This document shows, piece after piece, positions 1 through 14,557 of a DNA stretch of 64,000 nucleotides. The notes under the pieces are model-generated. The model worked only from the letters and a program-made list of their open reading frames with translations, was not told where the DNA came from and made no database searches. Position 1 is the first letter of the stretch; every line of letters begins with the position of its first letter. Origin of the DNA: Octopus bimaculoides. Lineage: Eukaryota. The DNA is taken from positions 34,709,146-34,773,145 of the forward strand of contig NC_069001.1 of NCBI RefSeq assembly GCF_001194135.2, given 5' to 3'. The position numbers and the translations under genes are program-made.

Positions 1-49
1 TTACAGACCAGACACTCTTGGGTAAATGATGATTATGATGATGATGATG

Positions 50-108
<59 letters not shown>

Positions 109-119
109 GATGATGATAA

Positions 120-417
120 TGATTTCATTTATTTGCCACAAGGGTGAAGGATGAGGTGGGGACAATACAGAGACAGACATAAAATGGTGGGGGAGGGTTA
201 CATATAATAATGAAATGATAAGAAGGAAAAGTTTTGGAGGATGATAGAGACGTGGCCCTCCTGATATGGGAAGGCCTCTAGGGATAATCGAGAAACCCCA
301 CTGTCCAAGATTCCCCTGAAACCCCAGGAGCAAGTGCCCTCGACAATTCCTTCTCTCTGACTCATAGGTCCACACATAGAGAGGTACCATCTACTCTTGC
401 CATTTTCACAACTTCCC
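120..417 (-). mobile_element. 3' end of a LINE (ORF terminus ...VVKMARVDGTSLCVDL*, 3'UTR, CCCTTGTGGCAAATAAA tail, (ATC/ATT)n)
   Basis: Short ORF end plus UTR ending in a tail motif found again at 10087-10146, 20822-20880 and on the SINE at 34230-34270; clade not determined. Confidence 0.5.
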
Positions 418-610
418 TTTCTATAATAGGCACAAGACCTGAAGTTTTAGGGGAAGGGCCCAAGTGGTGGGGTGAGGAGGGTCGATATGACCAAAGAAGT
501 TAACCTATTTACTAATCCACTGATCCCAGTACTTGACTGGCATTTTATTTTATCACTCCCTCAGGGACGAACAGCTAAGTCAACCTTGGCAGGATTTGAA
601 GTTAGAACAT
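418..610 (-). mobile_element. SINE family B, diverged
   Basis: Tail CTTTCTATAATAGGCACAAG and core/B-box remnants matching the other family B copies. Confidence 0.7.
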
Positions 611-826
611 AGAAAGCCAAGCGTCATTATTATTAATTGTCATCAGCACCCGGCACCTATCACCTTTCCTCATTTATTTTCAGGTGCCTTCAGTAACCGT
701 CTGTCATTTATCGTCTGTCATCTATCATCATCTGTCATCATCACTCAACAGGCATTTGTCTTTGTCATTGTTTATCGTTGATGATCAGTCCTTTTACTTC
801 CTTGAGCATAACAACCATCATCATCG

Positions 827-863
<37 letters not shown>

Positions 864-1727
864 GATCGTCATCATTGTGATTGTTATGATTACTATTGGC
901 ATCACCACCCAACGCCCCCACCACCCTCATCATCATCATCATCACTGTCACCATCACCCCCCCACAATAACCACCACCGCCATCATCATTCTCATCATCT
1001 CCAACACTGTTATCCTTTGTTCCACCACCACCACCACCACCACCACTGTCATGATCATCCTCCTCCTCCTCCTCTTTCTCATCATCCTCATCTTCACCAC
1101 TACCATCATCATTATCATCATCATCTACCGCCTCCTCATCATCATCATCATCATCATTATGACCACCATCACTACCATTGTCATCATCATTTTAATCATC
1201 ATCATCATCATTTTTATTGTCATCATCATCGTTATATTCATCATCCCAATTTTCCTCCTCTTCATCACCATCATCATCATCATCATCACTATCTTAAACA
1301 CCACATTTTAATTAAAGTGGATGAAATGCTGATAAAGCAAAATAACCCAAAAGCTAAAGGCTTGTCCCTTCCTTGTGAGTTTAAAAAAACAAAAACAAAA
1401 AAAAGTCTCTTGTATATAACTTCAAATACTCACAAATTACTAACAGCAGCAGCAACAGCAAATGCAGCAGCGGCAGCAGCAGCAGCGGGGGGCGGCAGCA
1501 GCGATGTTGAAATTTTGCTTTGTAGCAATTGAAATTAAGAAAACATTGTGCAACCTCTGCCACAATGCACTTTTAACAGCAGTGCACTGCATATGCATAT
1601 TTGGTGCACAATAAATATTAATAGACATTCAAGCGTTGTTATCTGCACAATCAGCATTTCCATCTTTACACTAATTAGCTGCATCGTTACCAACAGAGTA
1701 ATTAACAAGCAATATTAAACTCTATCC

Positions 1728-1758
<31 letters not shown>

Positions 1759-1951
1759 CCGCCACCAACGTCATAACGACATTGTTAATTTGATGAGGAA
1801 GCCTCTATGTGGTTGTGTGAATTGCTGAAATAACAGTTGCATCTGCCTAAAAAAATCACACCCTAATGTTGTGAGAAGAATGACAGGAAACTTTAGATAA
1901 TTTCATCTGGTGGTGAGGCGAGAGAGAGGTATGTATGTATATTCATATGTG

Positions 1952-1995
<44 letters not shown>

Positions 1996-2081
1996 TAGGA
2001 TTGATGCAAGATGAGTTGAAACGATCAGTTGTGAGCAATAAAGTTTCTTGTATATTTCATATTCCGTCTCTATCATTTATT

Positions 2082-2118
<37 letters not shown>

Positions 2119-2602
2119 TGCACATGCATGCACACACATACATAAGGAAAGAAGGAGACAGACGGAGGAAAAAATATGCGCACATTTCAAAACAAAAGAA
2201 GAAAATATAATAATTTAATTCTGAAGCTTTTGGGGTTTTTTTGGGGGGGTTTTTTCCTTTTACCTTGTTTTCGTTTTCCATTTGGTTTGTTCCTTGCTGA
2301 GATGGTGTAAAGAGAATTTCTAATCAGCATCAAGCTAACACCAATATGCAAATTAACTTACCTGTTTGTAATAATCTAAACGGTCTTGTTTAAACTAAGC
2401 TTGAAGCCACAACATTTCAACAAGTTTGGTAGAATTGGTGCTGCTAGACAACAGTCATCAAACCAGAAACTGTGATTATTCTGATAACTTCTTATTCCTT
2501 CACTGAAAATTAGGGATACGTTCCCCAAGATTAATTCCCCTGAAAGACTATGTTTTAAAGCAATAGACATACTTTGGTGTACAGAATTGTTTACAGATTT
2601 AA

Positions 2603-2760
2603 CCCTTGTATTACCATATTGTTATAGAAATGTGTGGCCTTTGTATCAATTAATTTACAAAATAACGAAGAATTTGGTAAAATAATTCTGTCATTATTAA
2701 ATCTGGTCTTTAGAGCATAACACCAAATTTGATCAAAGGTTTTCATTCTTCAGTACTTAG
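2603..2760 (+). mobile_element. Diverged 5' half of the piggyBac-like MITE seen at 30697
   Basis: TTAACCCTT...TTACCATATT start and internal similarity to 30697-30918. Confidence 0.55.
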
Positions 2761-3186
2761 ACTAGCAAATTCACCTAAACAGTTTGACAAAAGGCGGTGC
2801 TCCAGCTTGACCATAGCCAAATGACTTCAACAAACGAATAAAAAAAATTAAACAATATATATAAATATAACTCCAGTCACCTGTTCTGTCTCATATTCAT
2901 GTTGTACTGAACTTCACCTCTCTCTCTCTCTCCAAACCATGTATTCCCCTCTTCAGCAAGACATTTGCTCCTTGTCCCCCATCATAGCTTCTTCTTATTC
3001 CTCCTGTCTACGACCCATTCAGTTGTGAGGCCTCATTGTGGAAGTTCCTGGTGGCCTCACCAGTGCTGGTGTCACATGAAAAGCACCCAGTTACACACTC
3101 TGCAAAGTGGTTGGCATTGGTTCTTCTGTTCTTGTCAAACAGTCCAACCCATACAAGCATGGAAACAAAGTATGTTAAATTATGAT

Positions 3187-3580
3187 GGCTGTGTGGTAAG
3201 AAACTTGCTTCTCAACCACATGCTTCCAGGTTCAGTTCCACTACATGGTACCTTGGGCAAGTGTCTTCTACTATAGCTTCAGAAAGACCAAAGCCTTGTC
3301 AGTGGATTTGGTAGACAAAAACTGAAGGAAGTCCAACATGTCTATGCATATGTGTGTGTGTGTGTGTGTTTTTGTCTGTGTCTGTTCCTCATTCACTGCT
3401 TGCCAGCCAATGTTGGTGTGTTTTCATTTCCATAACTTAGCGGTTCAACAAATAAGACTGATAGAACAAGTACTATTATTTTTAAAAAATTACCCCCGGG
3501 GTTGATTTGTTCAATTAAAACCCTTCAAGGTGGTGCTCCAGCGTGGCCACAGTCAAATGACTGAAACAAATAAAAGAATA
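3187..3580 (+). mobile_element. SINE family A, full length (tRNA-like head, CORE-like CCTTGGGCAAGT segment, internal (TG)n, TAAAAGA tail)
   Basis: A-box/B-box-like motifs; matches copies at 39800, 53900, 60560 and 63768. Confidence 0.9.
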
Positions 3581-3586
3581 TATACA

Positions 3587-3635
<49 letters not shown>

Positions 3636-4289
3636 GTATACACACATATGTACATATGCATATATATTTATATACATATATATATATTTGCATGTGTATG
3701 TGTGTCTGTACATGTGCAAGTATATATGTGTGTGGGGTGGGGGTGTACAGGCAGGTGGTGTTGTATTGAATGATAAATTCTGTTTCATCATTAATGAAAT
3801 GAAGTTTGTCATTTAGTTGGAAAAAGAAAAGAAAATCTTTCATGACAATTGTTAGTGACTCTCAGAAATAAAAATGAGATAATTTCAATTGATTTTCTTT
3901 GTATTTGTTGTTGTTGTTGTTGTTGTTGATTGTGGTGGGGGTGGTGACAGTGAGTCCTCTTATTAATTTGTTATTTGGATATGTCTGTTAATGTTGACCG
4001 GAAAAAAAAAAAAACTACATAAGGAAATAAAGAATCTTAATGAGATGGACAGACAAATCTAAACCACAAATTAAAAATACACATCTCCTCATCAACAAAC
4101 ACAACAATAAAAAAACATCAGCCCACAAAAAATTTTTTTAAATAATTAATCATAAGATAGAAAAATAACAACCAACCAGTGACTGGCAAAACAGAAACTA
4201 ATGAACAAACACAAACATGTGACCACAGTAACATCAACGAATATAAATATAAATAAAGCTCAAAACCAAGTTGTAACAGTTCTCACTTG

Positions 4290-4790
4290 AAGATTGCCTG
4301 TTGCATGAAACTTGAATTGTGAGTCAAACATTCAAAATAATGGAGATAAAGTGGGCTGCAGGTGTGGTGTCTCCTCTCCCTGCCCTTTTATCTATAGTTC
4401 CCTCCATAATGACCTCTGCTTCTGTGAGATGGTTGGGTTCATACCACCTCCACTAAGGCCTTCTTGACCCATTCATCTCCCTCTTTTCCCATTAACCTTG
4501 TGGTGTTCAACCTGCCAAGACCCACACAAACTTCTGTATCTGGTCCTTCCTGTGTTAGATATTGGCGTGTGGAATCTCTCTCCCAACTCATGGCTTTCTT
4601 TGCAGGCGTTGACTAACAAAGGTTCAAGAGGATCATTGAGGGCATTCGGCTGACCACTCTCAGAAAGACTACAAAAAAAAAAAAAAACCATGGGCAGTGT
4701 CCCTTCTTTCTCAGACCCAGCAGCTTAAATAAAAGAAGGGTCCTCTGAGCCAACGAGAACGAAGGGCGAAAATTATAGTCAGGTCATGAA
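4290..4790 (-). mobile_element. Possible decayed retroelement fragment (broken minus-strand ORF ...SLSESGQPNALNDPLEPLL...)
   Basis: Complex sequence, ORF interrupted by a stop and a poly(A/T) run, no splice signals; identity not confirmed. Confidence 0.3.
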
Positions 4791-5062
4791 CCAAGCCTTG
4801 AATACTATTAACAGAGAGATAAGTACTAAAGTCACTCAGGGATGAGGTGGCAGTGGCAGTAGTTGTGGTGATGGTGGGGGTGATGGTGATTGTGGTGGTG
4901 GTGGTGGTGGTGGTGGTATGAAGCTGAGTGAGTGATCAAGTCTTCTTTCTCTCACTATCAATCTATTTCACAGCTTTAGTTTTCATTTAACACCAACAAC
5001 TTCCTTTCTTTTATTATTCTCTCCTCTTTCAAACACACTCACATGCACTTACACGGAAACAC

Positions 5063-5093
<31 letters not shown>

Positions 5094-5903
5094 TTTTCTC
5101 TCATTATATATATAGATAGATAGATGCATGCATACATACACACGCACACACATTAATCTCACTATTTGTTAATCTAATTCTCTCTCTCCTCTTTCTCTCT
5201 CTCTCTCTCTCCCTTTACTGTTTTCCACCTCTGTCCCTCTTTCTCCTTTCTCTCTCCCCCTCTCTCCTCTTCTCTCCTCCTCTTCTCTCCTCCTCTTCTC
5301 TCCTCCTCTTCTTTCCTCCTCTTCTCTCCTCCTCTCCTCCTCTTCTCTCCTCCTCTCCTCCTCTTCTATCCTCCTCTTCTCTCTCCTCTTCTCCTCTCTC
5401 CTCTCCTCCTCTTCTCTCCTCCTCTCCTCCTCTTCTATCCTCCTCTTCTCTCTCCTCTTCNNNNNNNNNNNNNNNNNNNNNNNNNNNNNNNNNNNNNNNN
5501 NNNNNNNNNNNNNNNNNNNNNNNNNNNNNNNNNNNNNNNNNNNNNNNNNNNNNNNNNNNNNNNNNNNNNNNNNNNNNNNNNNNNNNNNNNNNNNNNNNNN
5601 NNNNNNNNNNNNNNNNNNNNNNNNNNNNNNNNNNNNNNNNNNNNNNNNNNNNNNNNNNNNNNNNNNNNNNNNNNNNNNNNNNNNNNNNNNNNNNNNNNNN
5701 NNNNNNNNNNNNNNNNNNNNNNNNNNNNNNNNNNNNNNNNNNNNNNNNNNNNNNNNCACCACCACTAACACATCAACAACAATAACAGCAACAATTACTA
5801 CTACCACCCCCCCAAGTGCCACCTTTTATGTTTTACTGGTTTGTTCATGCAGAGTGTGGCAAGAAGACAGAAAATAGACAATGCATGCACACATACATAC
5901 ATA

Positions 5904-5955
<52 letters not shown>

Positions 5956-6572
5956 CATACATACGTACACACAGACATACATACATACACCTACATATAC
6001 ATATATACATACACCTACACATATATATGCATATGTGTATGTATACACACACAGGCACACACACATATATACATACACCTACACATACATACATATGCAT
6101 ACATGTGTGCGTATATAAACACACACACACACATAAACACATAAACACATAGATACACACACCCATGGCAGACTGACATGTCAATATGTACATTTGTAAT
6201 TCTGAGCTTCACCTGTTTTCCCCATAAATCATTGGTAACCCTATCTGAAAAACTTTCTATAATGGATGGACACTGGTTCTTCAATGGTATTTTAATTTAT
6301 CTATTAGTAGTCAGGACCATCCGTTGAGGCTTGTGAAAATACATTACTTCCATGTCACAGTAGTCATTATTGGCTAACAACCTATAAAATAGTTACATCA
6401 ACTGTGAGCTTCTCCAGACAAGGAGCAAACGCTCAAAGAAATATGGATTATAAAGAAGTTTGTAGATGTAGTATTGGTTTCAATAATGTGTAGTTTAATT
6501 GTTTGGTCAATGGAGCTATCTGGGTAGGGGGTCGGTGTTTAAGGGGCCAAGCAGTCCATTAGGAATTGTATG

Positions 6573-6935
6573 TTGTTTCTTCTCCCTGTCTCACTCTTGG
6601 ACATACTCTGTTTGTGAGTGAGGTAGAGAGCTCCATCTAGCATTCTAGTCTGTTGTTCTCTTCTTCTTGTCTCACTCACAGACATTCTCTGTGAGTGAGG
6701 GAGAGAGTTTCACCTTTACACACTCTGGTTTGTCGTTCTCATCTTCCTGTCTCACTCAAAGACATTCTCTGTGTGTGAGGTAGACAGCTCCACATTCTGG
6801 TACTGTTATATTGTTCTCTTCTCCTTGTCTCACATACAAACATTCTCTGTTTGGGAGTGAGGTAAGGAGCTCTGCTTTCTCACACTCTGACGTGTTGTTC
6901 TCTTGTCGGTGCCTTATTCACAGACATGCTTCAGT
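6573..6935. repeat. ~80-bp tandem repeat, ~4.5 copies, each unit with an internal hairpin
   Basis: Unit starts 6573, 6653, 6733, 6811, 6895; unit 2 = CTCACTCACAGA-CATTC-TCTGTGAGTGAG. Confidence 0.85.
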
Positions 6936-7313
6936 ATCTGGTCCACTTAGCATACTTCTTAAAGTAGAACTTACAATCCTTGTCCGGCATGAATAGTTAA
7001 ACAATTTTCTACTTGAGGATTAGCTTAAAGAATTTGTTTTGGCTTGCTTGCTGTGTCTGTAGAAAGAGGCAGTGCCTATGGCCTTCTAGACCATTTCTCT
7101 TGAAACTTTGTAAGTCAAAACTTGCAAGGAAAGATAGGAGCAGGGAGTGAAAACCAGCAGGATAATATTCTAGGTAACAAGTGGGCAGAACACGGGGCAG
7201 TGGCCCATTGGTGTGCTGGCTTCTCTCTCTGCATCACTCACCAACACCCTCTATCTATGAGTGAAGCAAAGCACCGGTCAGCTTTGGTTCACTTTGGTCA
7301 GCCTGAGGCATTA

Positions 7314-7359
<46 letters not shown>

Positions 7360-7923
7360 AGAGCTGATGAGGATGATGGCGAAGATGATGACATTGATGT
7401 TGATGATGACAATGGGAATGATAAGGGCAATGAGAAAGATGATGATGATGATGATGATGGCGATGACGACGACGGTGATGATGATGATGATAATGATGGT
7501 TCTAGTGCTGCAGACGCTTGCTGATATCTATTCTGCTGCTACTGCTCCTCCTGCTGCTACTATTTTCATGTTGTCATTGACGATGATAATAATGCCTCAT
7601 TTGTTCTCAGAGACAACCTCACAAACTCACATGGTAGCCATCACCTTCAACACCAACACCCTCCTCTCCCATCCCCAACACCACCGCTACCAACCAACCA
7701 ACCATTGTCGCCCTCACCGCTGTCACCACCACCACCACCACTACCACCACCTCACTAACACCTACACCATCATCACCAACCCCACCATGCCCACCATTCC
7801 TTTTACCATCAACACCCCCACCATACCAATGCCCCTCCCCCACATAGCCATCACCATCATTGCCATCATGAGTTCAGCTGCTACTGTTGCTGCTGCTGCT
7901 ATTTATCATACCATCTGCATCTA

Positions 7924-7985
<62 letters not shown>

Positions 7986-10366
7986 CATAGTGATGACAGT
8001 AAGTGATGCTCTGGGTGAAGTCGGGACCATAACAAGGAATTATCTCCTCCAGCACCAGCAGCAGCACCACCACCACCACCACCACCACCACCACCACCNN
8101 NNNNNNNNNNNNNNNNNNNNNNNNNNNNNNNNNNNNNNNNNNNNNNNNNNNNNNNNNNNNNNNNNNNNNNNNNNNNNNNNNNNNNNNNNNNNNNNNNNNN
8201 NNNNNNNNNNNNNNNNNNNNNNNNNNNNNNNNNNNNNNNNNNNNNNNNNNNNNNNNNNNNNNNNNNNNNNNNNNNNNNNNNNNNNNNNNNNNNNNNNNNN
8301 NNNNNNNNNNNNNNNNNNNNNNNNNNNNNNNNNNNNNNNNNNNNNNNNNNNNNNNNNNNNNNNNNNNNNNNNNNNNNNNNNNNNNNNNNNNNNNNNNNNN
8401 NNNNNNNNNNNNNNNNNNNNNNNNNNNNNNNNNNNNNNNNNNNNNNNNNNNNNNNNNNNNNNNNNNNNNNNNNNNNNNNNNNNNNNNNNNNNNNNNNNNN
8501 NNNNNNNNNNNNNNNNNNNNNNNNNNNNNNNNNNNNNNNNNNNNNNNNNNNNNNNNNNNNNNNNNNNNNNNNNNNNNNNNNNNNNNNNNNNNNNNNNNNN
8601 NNNNNNNNNNNNNNNNNNNNNNNNNNNNNNNNNNNNNNNNNNNNNNNNNNNNNNNNNNNNNNNNNNNNNNNNNNNNNNNNNNNNNNNNNNNNNNNNNNNN
8701 NNNNNNNNNNNNNNNNNNNNNNNNNNNNNNNNNNNNNNNNNNNNNNNNNNNNNNNNNNNNNNNNNNNNNNNNNNNNNNNNNNNNNNNNNNNNNNNNNNNN
8801 NNNNNNNNNTATATCATTACACACACACATATACAGATGCATGCTTATGTATTTATCAATAAACATCTCCAGCTCTGTTTTAATTTCACCCCATCTTTTT
8901 TTCCATCATTCGTTTTTATTCTTTAATCTAAATAGACTTTAAAATCCCTTTAAATAAACTGCCTCACTTTTCTTAGCTTACCCTCTCTCACTCTCTCTCT
9001 CTCTTTCTCCCTCCCTGTCTCCTGCTCTCTCTCCTCTATGCCAAAGCCCTTTTTCTCTGTCCCTCTCTTTGTGTGTGTCTTTCTCTCTCTATCTAGCTGT
9101 CTGCCTGTCTATCTACTTATCTGTCTGCCTGTCTATCTACTGTCTCACTTTCTCTCTCTCTCTCTCTCTTCCTTTATCTCTCTCTCTTTCTTTATCTCTC
9201 TCTCTCTCTCTATCTATCTGTCTATATATATATTATTACAATTCTGAACTTCAGTATGTGGTGAAGCAACCTGTTGCTGATCCCTTAATTTTGTTTATAA
9301 ATGTCTCTCTCTATATATATATATATATATATCTCTTTCTCTCACTCTCTCTCTCTCCCTGTCTATCTATCTATCTTGCTCTCTCTCTATCTGTGTATTT
9401 ATCTGTTTCGCCTCTCTCTCTCTAGCTATCTGTCTTTCTCCCTCTCTCTATCTATTTAGCTATCTATCTTTCTCCTTCCCTCCCTCTCCCTCACCCACTC
9501 TATCTATCTAGCCATCTTTCTCTCTCTCTCTCTCTCTCTCACTCACTCTATCTATCTATCTATCTATCTGTCTTTTCTCACTCTCTCTCTCACTCACTCT
9601 CTCTCCCACTTACTCACTCTCACTCTCTCTCTCTCTATCTACCTATCTCTCTATCTGTCTGTCTCTTCCAGATTCTTTACTCTTCCCCCACCCTCTCCCA
9701 CTTTCTCTTCCCTCTCATTCCTCATATCTCTCTCTAAATCTTTCTTTTCTCCCTCTCCACTTCACTCCCACCACCACCACTCTATCCCTCCCCCCCTCTC
9801 TATATACATCTTCCCCTGTTATTTCTTATAAACCTTATCGTTTTCCTTCTCACTTCCCTCATTATTTCATTTCTCTTTCATTACACTCCCCCTGATCCCC
9901 CCACCTCTACACCCTACTGCCAACCTGACATTTCCTCTTCACACCACTACTCCTGTCATCATCATCATCATTATTATTATTATTATTATTATCACTTTTA
10001 TTTCCCCTCATCTCCCTTTTTTTCCTCCTCATCTTTGATCTAAATCCGCCTCCCCCACCCCTACACACACACACCTACACACAAATTGTATTCTGTCCTT
10101 CTAATGTCCCCCAAATTTAATGCCCCTGTGGCAAATAAAAGAAACCATCACCATTACCATCATCATCACCATCATCATCATCTTCATCATCACCATCTTC
10201 ATCATCATCATCATGTTCATCATGTTCATCATCATCATCATCATCATCTTCATCACCATCATCATCATCTTCATCATGTTCATCATCATCACCATCATCA
10301 TCATCATCACCATCCTCATCATCATCATCCTCATCATCTTCACCATCATCATCTTCATCACCATCC

Positions 10367-10401
<35 letters not shown>

Positions 10402-11491
10402 TTCATCATCTTCATCACCATCCTCATCATCATCATCCTCATCATCATCATCTTCATCATCTTCATCACCATCATCCTCATCAACGATTTCTTTTCTTCT
10501 TGAGGTTCTTTTTCTTTTCCTCAAGACAAAATTTCCTGCTATCTTTCCTTCTTCTACATTTTCTTTCTTTCTTTCTTTTCTTTCTCTCATTCTTTCTGCT
10601 TTCTTCTTCTTCTTCTCCCCCCCTCCCCCCACACCGTTTTCTCGCTATCTTTCTCTCTGACCCTTTTAAACCTTAAACTCACCCTTAAAACGCTTACCTA
10701 TCCTCATTTCCATATTTCACTCTCTCATTGCAAGTCCTCAATTATATTCTGTCTGTCTGTCCGTCTTGCCACCTCTCCCCTCTCTCCCCCTCTCTCCTCG
10801 TCTTTCCCTCTCCCCCTCTCTCTCTCTTTTTATAGCATATAGACAGGCAGACAGATAGATAGGTTGGTAGGTAGGTAAATGGATAGAAAAATAGATAGAC
10901 AGACAGATGGACCGGTAGATAGATAGGTAGATAGATAGAAAGATTGAAAGGTTGACAGATAGATAGTTAGACATACATATATACACATAAATATAAATGT
11001 GTGTGTGTGTATATATTTATATACATACATACATACAATACATACATACACACATACANNNNNNNNNNNNNNNNNNNNNNNNNNNNNNNNNNNNNNNNNN
11101 NNNNNNNNNNNNNNNNNNNNNNNNNNNNNNNNNNNNNNNNNNNNNNNNNNNNNNNNNNNNNNNNNNNNNNNNNNNNNNNNNNNNNNNNNNNNNNNNNNNN
11201 NNNNNNNNNNNNNNNNNNNNNNNNNNNNNNNNNNNNNNNNNNNNNNNNNNNNNNNNNNNNNNNNNNNNNNNNNNNNNNNNNNNNNNNNNNNNNNNNNNNN
11301 NNNNNNNNNNNNNNNNNNNNNNNNNNNNNNNNNNNNNNNNNNNNNNNNNNNNNNNNNNNNNNNNNNNNNNNNNNNNNNCTAGACCCACCAAGTCACACAA
11401 ACCACACTAGCCACAACTCACTCCACCTGGTTCGACTGTTTCTTTCATTAAAACTACGCAGTCAGCTTGACCACAGTTTCGTCAGCTTATC

Positions 11492-11537
<46 letters not shown>

Positions 11538-12323
11538 ACACACACATATACACACACGTGTACTAAATCAATCACATAGTCTGACTTACATGCAAACACA
11601 CATATGAAAGTACACACACTCTCATACACACACACACACACATATATATATAAGTGCTCACACACACACATATATAAGTGCTCACACACACACATATATA
11701 AGTTCTCACACACACACATGCAAGTGTACAAATACACGTATACACACACATGCGTTTAATCACACACACAGGCATATATTTATTTATGAATATACATATG
11801 CGCATACGCACACATATTTATCTATAAATATATACATGTACACATACACATATATTTATGTATGAATATACATACATATACACACACGTATATTTATGCA
11901 TATATATGCACACATACACATTTACGCATGAATACACACATACACACACACACACACACACATATATTTATGTATGAATATGCATATGCATGCATACACA
12001 CATATATTTATGTATGAATATACATACACAGATATTTATGTATAAAGATACATACGCATGCACACACATGGATTTATGTATGAATATGCATATACACACA
12101 CACACACATATATTTATGTATACATATACATATGCATGCACACACATATATATTTATGTGTGAATATACAAACACACAAATACATCCATATCTATGTATG
12201 AATCTACACGCACAAAGTTACATATTCATGCAGTTACATATACACACAATAAAATGTACACGCATTGACACAGATACACATACGCATACATACTCTTATT
12301 GGTATTCATAACAACAGAAAGTT

Positions 12324-12361
<38 letters not shown>

Positions 12362-13649
12362 ATAAGCGTATATATATATGTATGTACAAACACATTCACT
12401 TTATAAGTATGGACACACACATACATATGCACTCACTTTATATATGCACACATACTACAAACACACACACACACACATACTCACACACACATGCACATNN
12501 NNNNNNNNNNNNNNNNNNNNNNNNNNNNNNNNNNNNNNNNNNNNNNNNNNNNNNNNNNNNNNNNNNNNNNNNNNNNNNNNNNNNNNNNNNNNNNNNNNNN
12601 NNNNNNNNNNNNNNNNNNNNNNNNNNNNNNNNNNNNNNNNNNNNNNNNNNNNNNNNNNNNNNNNNNNNNNNNNNNNNNNNNNNNNNNNNNNNNNNNNNNN
12701 NNNNNNNNNNNNNNNNNNNNNNNNNNNNNNNNNNNNNNNNNNNNNNNNNNNNNNNNNNNNNNNNNNNNNNNNNNNNNNNNNNNNNNNNNNNNNNNNNNNN
12801 NNNNNNNNNNNNNNNNNNNNNNNNNNNNNNNNNNNNNNNNNNNNNNNNNNNNNNNNNNNNNNNNNNNNNNNNNNNNNNNNNNGCACACATACTACAAACA
12901 CACACACACACACATACTCACACACACATGCACATGCAAAGACTCATTCAGACATTATTCAACTATATAGATATAGATGCATTTCTCACATACACACATA
13001 CGTGTACATGCATACACACCCACAGACAAAACGTGTAGACATACAAACTCACAGACTTTCACACGCATACATAAATATATATGCATAGCATATATACACT
13101 CACTCACATAGATGCTTGGTACATACACACATACACACAGCTGCATAATGTACACATACAAACACACATACACACATACACACAGCTGCATAATGTACAC
13201 ATGCGCACACACACACATAGGGCATAGTAAACACAAACACACACACACAGTCACATTCACATATACATAGATGCATAGGACACTCATATACGTACAGAAC
13301 ACATACAGGAACACATGCACACACACACACACTTGCACAGATAAACATATATATTGATGCATTGCACATGCACACATGCACACACACACTTGCACAGACA
13401 TACATATATAGGTGCATTGCACATACATACATGTGCGCACACACTTGCACAGACACGCATATATAGATGCATATATACAGCACATACACACACACACAAA
13501 CAAACACATACACACACATACATCCACTCACACACAAACACACGTACACTTACAGACATGTTCACACATACATAGAGGCATAGGACACTCACACACATAC
13601 AGACACACACACACGCACACATGCATGCAGACAGCATCACATTGCTGTG

Positions 13650-14160
13650 CATCTGTTGGCAGCGGTGCTGTCTCTCTCTCTCTCTCTGTCAGCAGCATCA
13701 GTGAAAATAGCAGCGGCGGCAGCAGCAGTGATCGCAGTAGTAGTAGTAGTAGTCATAGTAGTAGCAGCAGTTGCTGAAGAAGGTAGGTTGGTGTGGCAGA
13801 GGCGTAAAAGACTGCAAAGACGGCAAGGCGACAAGGGAGGGGGGAAGTCGGCAAGGGGAAGGCGGCGGGTAAAAAGGTAAACCAAGCGCACACTGATGAT
13901 TCTGTCGTGGTTTTACAGCCGGCAACAGGCAGTTTATTTTGCGCGTCGCACGCCTGTTGAATGAACATGTGTTCATGTTTTATTCCGTCGGTGCGTGGCT
14001 GCACCGAGTTATTTTCCCGGGTACACTCTATGCAGTGAGTTCAACGTGATAAACCAATGACACCCGGTGCATTGCAGCTGACGGTGCCTTCTGTCGCGCG
14101 GCGCACCTCTGGGACTGTGACCGACACCAGCATCGGTCACACATCGGACCTCCACGTACA
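13650..14160 (+). promoter_or_regulatory. CpG-rich island, probable promoter/5'-UTR exon region upstream of the polyQ exon
   Basis: Strong local CpG/GC enrichment (e.g. GCGCGTCGCACG, TCGCGCGGCGC), CCAAT at ~14054, (GCA)/(GTA) tracts, non-repeat sequence. Strand assumed from the 17275 exon. Confidence 0.45.
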
Positions 14161-14526
14161 TGTTATTCTGACCGTTCTACCATATTACCTGTTAATCTTC
14201 CTCGCGCTCACCTTCCAATTTGTTTCCTTACTCTGGCTCCGTCTTCATCAACTTCAAAGTCTCTCTCACCTCATCTTCCCAAGATATTTTCCTTCTCTCT
14301 TCTTCCTCAGACCATTCACCATTCCAAAGTCTCCTCTCTTTCTCCTCTTATTTTTATCTATTTCATCCGATAACTTCTATTCTTGACATTCACTTCGAAA
14401 TAGAAAATTAACCATTTTTTCCATTTTTTTCCTTCTTTCCTCTTTGTTTAATTTCATTCCATCTTTCCTCTTTCTAAATAGTCCTTTCTTCACACTTCTA
14501 CGTCTCATATAAACTAAACACCTCCC

Positions 14527-14557
<31 letters not shown>

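Noticed and set aside
684-1532. 282-aa His-rich ORF (and similar poly-His/Ile/Asp/Met ORFs at 10086, 42713, 54539, 62862)
   Set aside because: All frames of (ATC)n/(CAC)n tracts are open by construction; no splice or domain support.
2362-2394. 33-nt minus exon FKQDRLDYYKQ with a GTAAGT donor
   Set aside because: Weak acceptor and no linked exons; such donors are frequent by chance.
4473-4691. 72-aa minus ORF as a host gene
   Set aside because: Starts in a homopolymer run and is broken by a stop; more consistent with a decayed retroelement.
6573-6935. CRISPR array interpretation of the hairpin repeat
   Set aside because: Eukaryotic context, no cas genes, and whole units are mutually similar rather than having unique spacers.
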